Source of the DNA: a virus
Lineage: Duplodnaviria; Caudoviricetes
Length of the DNA: 41,275 nucleotides
Virus record (IMG/VR): IMGVR_UViG_3300048819_000110
Coordinates: 1-41,275 of that record
Direction: 5' to 3' (one strand)
Part shown: one piece after another, positions 36,350 to 41,275 of the stretch
Layout: every line of letters begins with the position of its first letter
Numbering within the stretch: the stretch's first letter is position 1
The notes under the pieces: generated by a model
Database searches by the model: none
What the model saw: only the letters and a program-made list of their open reading frames with translations
Told to the model about the DNA's origin: nothing
Program-made: the position numbers and the translations under genes

Positions 36350-36892
36350 TCAGAATGTGAAGCCCATGCCTCCGCGAACTGCCGGAGTGCCGTCGAATGT
36401 CACACCCTTTTCCCATGGAATCGAAAGCGAAGCCGTTGCGTAGGTGATCCGCGTCATGAATTTTGTGATCTTCAGTTCCGGCTCGACCTTGAGCCGCAAC
36501 GTGGTGGTGCCGGGAATCTTCTGCCCGCCGACCAACGCGTTTAATTCCATCTTGAAATCGTATTCCTGGATGATCGCAAAACCAATACCGCCTTCGCCGG
36601 CATTGAGCGCGGACCCGACGCCAAAACAGTCGCCCTCGGCCGTAACATTCCAACGTCTGAAATTGTATTGGGCGCGCAGGTAGTCGCTGGCCCCCTGGCC
36701 GGTTGTCTGGTTGTAGCCGTCCTCAAATTGCAGTGTGGCCGTCCATGTGAAATTCGTGTTGAAGCTGGTGCCCCAATCCGCCGCCTGGTTGAAAAAATTC
36801 AGCTCGACCGGCGCGTTCGTTTGACCGCGTGCTGATAAGGCGAACACAGTTGCGATTATGGCGTATGCCGCGATGATGAGTAGTTTTTTCAT
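36350..36892 (-). CDS. Secreted outer-membrane beta-barrel-like protein
   Basis: Signal peptide (ARG|Q), alternating amphipathic strands, C-terminal GMGFTF. Confidence 0.7.
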   Translation of the reverse strand: MKKLLIIAAYAIIATVFALSARGQTNAPVELNFFNQAADWGTSFNTNFTWTATLQFEDGYNQTTGQGASDYLRAQYNFRRWNVTAEGDCFGVGSALNAGEGGIGFAIIQEYDFKMELNALVGGQKIPGTTTLRLKVEPELKITKFMTRITYATASLSIPWEKGVTFDGTPAVRGGMGFTF

Positions 36893-37096
36893 ACTTAAGT
36901 TGTTCAATTTAAACTGGTTATGTGTTTGGACGGGGTTTTATTCCCGCTTTTGCTGACACACTAGAATTACCGTTTAAATAGTTAATGTCAACGGAAGATT
37001 TGGCACACTTTCTGTCACAAAGCACTTTGGGCTTGACAAGCTGTTGCCTGACCACCAATAGTATTCCACTCCTGACACGCGCATATTGTCTTTCGG

Positions 37097-37113
37097 TTGG
37101 CATGATATTCGCT
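37097..37113 (+). promoter_or_regulatory. Sigma54-like -24/-12 motif
   Basis: TTGGCATGATATTCGCT (GG-N10-GC). Confidence 0.45.
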
Positions 37114-37170
37114 TTCGCTCAATTCCAAATTTGGTACAGTTTTCCATCATTTGTCTTAAAGTTGGAATAG

Positions 37171-37210
37171 TGTCTCACGTAAAGTGGACATGTCTCACAG
37201 TAATTGGACA
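37171..37210. repeat. 20-bp tandem repeat of TGTC-N12-GACA (operator/enhancer-like)
   Basis: TGTCTCACGTAAAGTGGACA followed by TGTCTCACAGTAATTGGACA. Confidence 0.75.
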
Positions 37211-37249
37211 GAAATCGGGCGTCTGGCGGTAGAATCGTGCTCAAATAGG

Positions 37250-37266
37250 TTGGCACGCAAGCCGCT
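37250..37266 (+). promoter_or_regulatory. Sigma54-like -24/-12 motif
   Basis: TTGGCACGCAAGCCGCT (GG-N10-GC), about 80 nt before the first rightward gene. Confidence 0.45.
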
Positions 37267-37319
37267 ATACCACAATTGCGATTTACGAGCCCGATCCCGG
37301 GGCGAACCAACAGGGCGAG

Positions 37320-37341
37320 CGGCTGAGAGGCCGGATGAAAA
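37320..37341 (+). repeat. 22-bp direct repeat, copy 1 (GNRA hairpin before ATG)
   Basis: CGGCTGAGAGGCCGGATGAAAA. Confidence 0.92.
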
Positions 37342-37344
37342 AAT

Positions 37345-37728
37345 ATGACGACTCAAAACAAAAACACGGAATGGATTACAAACGAAGTCCAGGTTGATCG
37401 GTATGCTCGAATCCGGCTTGCTGGTATCAATTACAAAGAGGGAAGTGACCGGCCCGACGAATGGGGTGGTTTGTACGTTGCTCCGATCACAATGATTAGG
37501 GGTTGCGAAGTTCCGACCGGCCAGCTTTGCATTTTTTGCACCACGAACGGAGACCCGACTCGCATTGGTTTTATCACCGACGGGGATGTTGTCTTTGTTC
37601 AAGACAACGGGGATGGAATCAACGAGCAGTTGCTTGAGGTGTTGAATCGCGCGGACTGGGAAGACCCGCAATGCGGTGAGGGTTATTCTTATCTGGTTCG
37701 CGATGCGCTCAATGCGGTGGGGCTGTGA
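37345..37728 (+). CDS. Hypothetical acidic protein
   Basis: First ORF of the rightward block. Confidence 0.8.
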   Translation: MTTQNKNTEWITNEVQVDRYARIRLAGINYKEGSDRPDEWGGLYVAPITMIRGCEVPTGQLCIFCTTNGDPTRIGFITDGDVVFVQDNGDGINEQLLEVLNRADWEDPQCGEGYSYLVRDALNAVGL

Positions 37729-37785
37729 GGACGAAACGCGGGCAACCGCGTCCGGTGGTAGGTCCACCGCTGATGAGTCCAGCAG
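37723..37785 (+). ncRNA. Hammerhead ribozyme, type II
   Basis: GGAC-GAAA-CGCGG(GCAA)CCGCG-TC^-CGGTGG(TAGGT)CCACCG-CTGATGA-GTCC: complete core and three stems. Confidence 0.93.
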
Positions 37786-37794
37786 ACGCACGCA

Positions 37795-37816
37795 CGGCTG
37801 AGAGGCCGGATGAAAA
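37795..37816 (+). repeat. 22-bp direct repeat, copy 2
   Basis: CGGCTGAGAGGCCGGATGAAAA, exact match to 37320-37341. Confidence 0.92.
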
Positions 37817-37817
37817 T

Positions 37818-37973
37818 ATGAAAATCGAAATCTACGATGAAACTTACGCCGGCTTGAAACGCATCGCAATCCGAACCATGTCTGCAGACAAGCGCGTGCG
37901 GTACGGCGGGCGGACGTGGGTGGTCGTGCGCCGTGGGGGATTTTGGATGCTGGGGTATGTGTGCGCGAATTGA
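37818..37973 (+). CDS. Small hypothetical protein (start MKIEIY, not 37725)
   Basis: ATG right after the direct repeat; the longer ORF-track version would run through the ribozyme. Confidence 0.7.
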   Translation: MKIEIYDETYAGLKRIAIRTMSADKRVRYGGRTWVVVRRGGFWMLGYVCAN

Positions 37974-37981
37974 AACGCAAA

Positions 37982-38218
37982 ATGAACACGCGATACATAC
38001 ATTGTCCCGCTTGCGGTGTGCAGCTAGAGGTCGCAATCAACGCGGCCAACCGGCGCCCGCGAAAGGTGGTAGCCGACTGGACAGCGGTGGACTGGACGCG
38101 GCGCAACATGGACCTGGCCGCGCAACTCGGAGTGCATCCGATCTACGTCAGCCGGATGCGCCGTCAATTCGCGCCGGCAACATTGTCGGATGCGCGCAAA
38201 AGAAAACCCGCGGTCTGA
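37982..38218 (+). CDS. Zn-ribbon plus HTH DNA-binding protein
   Basis: CPACG; VDW.R.NMDLAAQLGVHPIYVSRMRR. Confidence 0.75.
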   Translation: MNTRYIHCPACGVQLEVAINAANRRPRKVVADWTAVDWTRRNMDLAAQLGVHPIYVSRMRRQFAPATLSDARKRKPAV

Positions 38219-38227
38219 TTCTCGCGC

Positions 38228-38250
38228 CCTGCCCCTCACGCGGGGGCAGG
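38228..38250 (+). other. Intergenic hairpin
   Basis: cctgcccc-N7-ggggcagg, extended by flanking cgc/gcg; no U-tract. Confidence 0.6.
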
Positions 38251-38288
38251 TTGCGGAAATTAACAAAAACTTAACAACAACGAAAAAT

Positions 38289-38474
38289 ATGAGCACAAAG
38301 AACCAAAACTACGTTGTCCAATATAACGGTGAACCGCTCACCCGCCTCTCGTTTGAGGGCAACAAGGCAAACGTGACCACGGGCGACATTATGGACGCCA
38401 TTTGGTACACGGCGGAAGAGGCCGCTGAGTGTGCGGCGGCCATTGGCACCGGAGCGGAAGCGGTTCGCCATTAA
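38289..38474 (+). CDS. Small hypothetical protein
   Basis: A/C-rich leader; A.WYT.EEA motif. Confidence 0.75.
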   Translation: MSTKNQNYVVQYNGEPLTRLSFEGNKANVTTGDIMDAIWYTAEEAAECAAAIGTGAEAVRH

Positions 38475-38509
38475 CCATTAACCATTAACCATTAACCATT
38501 AACCATTAA
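38468..38509. repeat. Simple sequence repeat (CCATTAA)x6
   Basis: Six exact copies. Confidence 0.97.
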
Positions 38510-38522
38510 TAACAAAAATATA

Positions 38523-38957
38523 ATGAAAACATATAACACAATTGAAGAAGTCAAAGCAGATATTAAGGATGGCGTTTTAACGGTCAACGAATCGGTCACG
38601 TTTAATTTTTCGCTAACAATTGAGGCAAACCTTAAGATCGCGGGGGACATCAACTCGAGGAACATCAACGCGGGGGACATCGACGCGTGGGACATCAACG
38701 CGGGGGACATCGACGCGTGGAACATCAACGCGGGGAACATCAACGCGATGAACATCGACGCGGGGAACATCAACGCGGGGGACATCAACGCGGGGGACAT
38801 CGACGCGATGAACATCGACGCGGGGGACATCAACGCGGGGGACATCCAATTTTACGCTGTCGCATTTGCTAATACTTCTTTTGCCTGCAAATCAATTATG
38901 AGTAGCCGCAAAAACTCAAAATTCTTTTGCCTGGATTCAGAAGTCAAATTCAAATGA
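38523..38957 (+). CDS. Five-residue repeat (G/W/M-D/N-I-N/D-A) beta-helix-like protein
   Basis: 15-bp tandem repeats, ~38640-38846. Confidence 0.85.
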   Translation: MKTYNTIEEVKADIKDGVLTVNESVTFNFSLTIEANLKIAGDINSRNINAGDIDAWDINAGDIDAWNINAGNINAMNIDAGNINAGDINAGDIDAMNIDAGDINAGDIQFYAVAFANTSFACKSIMSSRKNSKFFCLDSEVKFK

Positions 38958-39142
38958 AAGCAACCGAACTAATAAAATCGCCGTGCATGGTCGCGGTGTG
39001 CTCATTCTGTCGCAAATTCATCGGCTTCCGGCCGGTGGAAAAAGGCGACAAAATGAATGGTCAATTAACTCACGGCATTTGCGAGCGATGCCTGAAAAAT
39101 GAAATGGCAAAACTGACACCTGTGCCGGGGGAGTTGCTATGA
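38954..39142 (+). CDS. Small Zn-binding protein
   Basis: CSFC...THGICERC. Confidence 0.8.
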   Translation: MKATELIKSPCMVAVCSFCRKFIGFRPVEKGDKMNGQLTHGICERCLKNEMAKLTPVPGELL

Positions 39143-39321
39143 TCTATTATTCGCTCGTCCCGCTCGGTCATGTCGTCCGACCGGGTGATATATTTTGGTG
39201 GTCGACACGGGAAACATTTGAGCAGGCGGTATCGGTCCAGCTGTTAGTTTCGCAATCTGGATTGATGCCTGGCTATGAGGCGCTAGGAATGCGGTTTTTG
39301 CGGAGAATAAAACTCGGTTAA
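39139..39321 (+). CDS. Hypothetical protein
   Basis: GGAG RBS; ATGA coupling. Confidence 0.65.
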   Translation: MIYYSLVPLGHVVRPGDIFWWSTRETFEQAVSVQLLVSQSGLMPGYEALGMRFLRRIKLG

Positions 39322-39335
39322 CTAAAGGTGAATAA

Positions 39336-39992
39336 ATGAAAATGAAAATCTATTCGGTTTTTGGAAAACTTCTGTTTGAGGGTGATTTTGCGGACATAAA
39401 AGAGTGTTTTTTGGCGGCTTTAAAATCCCGTGCGGATTTGCGCGATGCGGATTTGAGCGATGCGGATTTGCGCGGTGCGGATTTAAGCGGTTCAAATTTA
39501 AGCGGTGCGAATTTGAGCGATGCGGATTTGAGCGATGCGGATTTGCGCGGTGCGAATTTAAGCGGTTCAAATTTAAGCGGTGCGGATTTGCGCGATGCGG
39601 ATTTGAGCGATGCGAATTTGCGCGGTGCGAATTTAAGCGGTGCGAGTTTGCGCGGTGCGAATTTGCGCGGTTCAAATTTAAGCGGTGCGGATTTAAGCGG
39701 TGCGAGTTTAAGCGGTGCGAGTTTAAGCGATGCGCATTTGAACGGTGAATTAAAAGCCAAAAAAATGCGCGTCTTCAACGGGCTGTACAAATATCAAGTC
39801 TGGGCTGTGCTGGCTCAGGACGGCACGCGATACGTCCGAATGGGATGCTTGTTCTACAGCCTTGGAGATTGGGGTAAAATCGGCATCCGAAAATCAAACG
39901 AATCGGAATTTCCTGATGACGGTTCTGAAAAATGCGAGGAGCGGGTTGCCGCGTTTGAGTTCGCGAAAGCGGCCGCGATGCGGCTGAAATAG
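39336..39992 (+). CDS. Pentapeptide-repeat protein
   Basis: (A/S)(D/N/S)L(R/S)(G/D) repeats ~39430-39740; VRMGC C-terminal domain. Confidence 0.92.
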   Translation: MKMKIYSVFGKLLFEGDFADIKECFLAALKSRADLRDADLSDADLRGADLSGSNLSGANLSDADLSDADLRGANLSGSNLSGADLRDADLSDANLRGANLSGASLRGANLRGSNLSGADLSGASLSGASLSDAHLNGELKAKKMRVFNGLYKYQVWAVLAQDGTRYVRMGCLFYSLGDWGKIGIRKSNESEFPDDGSEKCEERVAAFEFAKAAAMRLK

Positions 39993-40003
39993 AAAGGAAA
40001 ATT

Positions 40004-40231
40004 ATGATCACAAAAATTGTAAACGGAATACCATGCACGCGGATATGCGTGATGGGACTGGGCGGGGAACGCAGGCTTTGGTACCCGACGATCGGCCTGC
40101 CTCGGCTATCCGGTCGTGAAACTTACTGGCACGCGACCGATGCGCCGGATGACGCGGGGGCAAACGATGCCGCTCCCGAGCAGGTGGACGGACAGGCGGG
40201 GGCAATTGAGACCGCAGGAGGTGCCAAATGA
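40004..40231 (+). CDS. Hypothetical protein
   Basis: AAAGGA RBS; ends in GGAGGTGCCAAATGA coupling. Confidence 0.7.
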   Translation: MITKIVNGIPCTRICVMGLGGERRLWYPTIGLPRLSGRETYWHATDAPDDAGANDAAPEQVDGQAGAIETAGGAK

Positions 40232-40539
40232 ACGCTCAATTCAGCTGGCTGGATATGTTCAGGGTGGCCGACGTGTGCGTTGCACATTGGGCGGACCTGG
40301 TGAAGAGGAAACATATGATCGGTGCCGCAATGGCGGCCTTCGGCATCCGCACCTGCTGGCGGATGTCCGACGCCGAATCGCGGTCAATGATCGCGGCGCG
40401 CGTGGCCGTCTGGCGCTACCTCGGCAAGGAGCGCGTCGCCAAAATTAGCCAGAGCGTGCTCCGACGCGAGCGCGAACGCTTAATTCAAGTCCGCACTGGA
40501 GGTGCTTGGGGATTTGACGCACGCCTACCGGCTGCTTGA
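40228..40539 (+). CDS. Hypothetical protein, possibly frameshifted (true end may be 40588)
   Basis: Coupled start; the +1 frame continues to a coupled stop at 40588. Confidence 0.6.
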   Translation: MNAQFSWLDMFRVADVCVAHWADLVKRKHMIGAAMAAFGIRTCWRMSDAESRSMIAARVAVWRYLGKERVAKISQSVLRRERERLIQVRTGGAWGFDARLPAA

Positions 40540-40634
40540 GCTTCAGTGGATTCAGCGCCAGCAAGAGCGATTCGGAGGTGCAAAATGATTATTCCCCCTC
40601 CAACTCGACACGGATCGTTCGTTAAAAGCGCGTT

Positions 40635-40844
40635 CGGGTTGCCACCACCGTTGACGAACAGCACGCCCTGCAAAACAAAATCCGCGACCTCGAAAAAGTC
40701 CAGCGCACCCAGCGCCAGCAAATTTTCAACGTCGAGGACGAAATCAAGGGCAAGCGCGACTTGCTGATTGAAAAGCTGGAAAAACGGTTGAGCCAGAACA
40801 CGTCCAGCGAGCATTTGTTTTCCATCCGCTGGCAAGTGGTATGA
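40635..40844 (+). pseudogene. 3' fragment of an SNF2-family helicase of the kind found beside type III restriction-modification loci
   Basis: RVATTVDEQHALQNKIRDLEKVQRTQRQQIFNVEDEIKGKRDLLIEKLEKRLSQNTSSEHLFSIRWQVV*; in-frame TAA at 40623 and no start. Confidence 0.75.
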
Positions 40845-40969
40845 ATTTCATCGTCCCGGCCAATAAAATAAGAGCGCAAAAATAAATTTTTGTTTTGATT
40901 TCAGCCCCACAATTAAAACAAGATTGACCAAGACGAATCGTATTACATTTTTTGGAAACACCTTTGCCC

Positions 40970-41102
40970 ATGCCGAAACTGGTTTCTCGTGCCGGCCGTT
41001 TTGAGATGCAAACGGAAGGCTACCGGGCGTTTATTCCCGCGCCGCTGCCGCCCGAACCGCCCGTCTCCCGCGACGCGGAACTGGACGCCTTGCTTTCGCG
41101 AT
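40970..41102 (+). pseudogene. 5' fragment of a Fic-family protein (Fic_N region)
   Basis: SRAGRF..Q.EGYRAFIPAPLPPEPP...LLSR; resemblance is lost after ~41100 although the frame stays open. Confidence 0.7.
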
Positions 41103-41275
41103 CAGTGTGTACTGCCTTCTCCGCCTTGCCTGGTCCGTCATCACTGGTTTTGATTAAATCGAATTTTCCATGCGCGCCCGCGCCCGCGCCCGGTGGGGAG
41201 TCTCACCGGGCGCTATTGCTTTGCTCAGAACAGCGAGCCCTGTTCATTTGCGATGCACGCCGGAGAGAACCAGAG

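Noticed and set aside
37186-37195. GGACA|TGTCT as a Mu-type TG...CA end junction
   Set aside because: No transposase in the window; simply the boundary of a 20-bp tandem repeat
37261-37323. Second ribozyme before direct repeat copy 1 (gccgct/agcggc stem)
   Set aside because: No hammerhead, twister, pistol or HDV core could be fitted by eye
37195-38109. 304-aa minus-strand ORF
   Set aside because: Antisense to three plausible genes and the ribozyme; no motifs
38640-39740. Possible CRISPR arrays
   Set aside because: Contiguous 15-bp coding repeats with no unique spacers
39913-39930. Other CTGATGA hits (also ~17325)
   Set aside because: Inside CDS and lacking the flanking stems and GAAA arrangement

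Overview
Positions 1 to ~40630 are a near-complete tailed-phage genome (siphovirus-like, no sheath gene). The host is probably Verrucomicrobiota; this is an inference from protein domains and the mostly SD-less, A/C-rich start regions. There are four transcription blocks: (i) leftward 5786->1: DUF6948/Gly-repeat pair, small genes, DUF1376 initiator, DnaC-like loader and a D12-class adenine MTase running off the edge; (ii) rightward 5915->13296: Cro-like HTH, nuclease, coiled-coil protein, Sak4-like ATPase, RecE-like exonuclease and small genes; (iii) leftward late operon 36892->13374: beta-barrel protein, class-3 lipase, Mu-like terS/terL/portal/protease/scaffold/capsid/MuF/gpG, tail tube, SGNH esterase, short tape measure and tail-tip proteins; (iv) rightward 37345->~40630: small accessory genes. 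No integrase, transposase, CI repressor or endolysin is recognisable. The last ~650 bp are bacterial defence-island fragments (SNF2 helicase 3' end, Fic 5' end) joined at abrupt junctions. Most notable: four signal-peptide-bearing, Thr-Asn-rich genes inside the virion operon, with a lipase where lysis genes normally sit; a complete type II hammerhead ribozyme inside a direct-repeat-bounded gene cassette; a recurring L-x-N motif across head proteins that brackets His-heptad peptides fused to the prohead protease; and several structured intergenic RNA candidates. All family calls come from motif recognition and synteny, not database searches.
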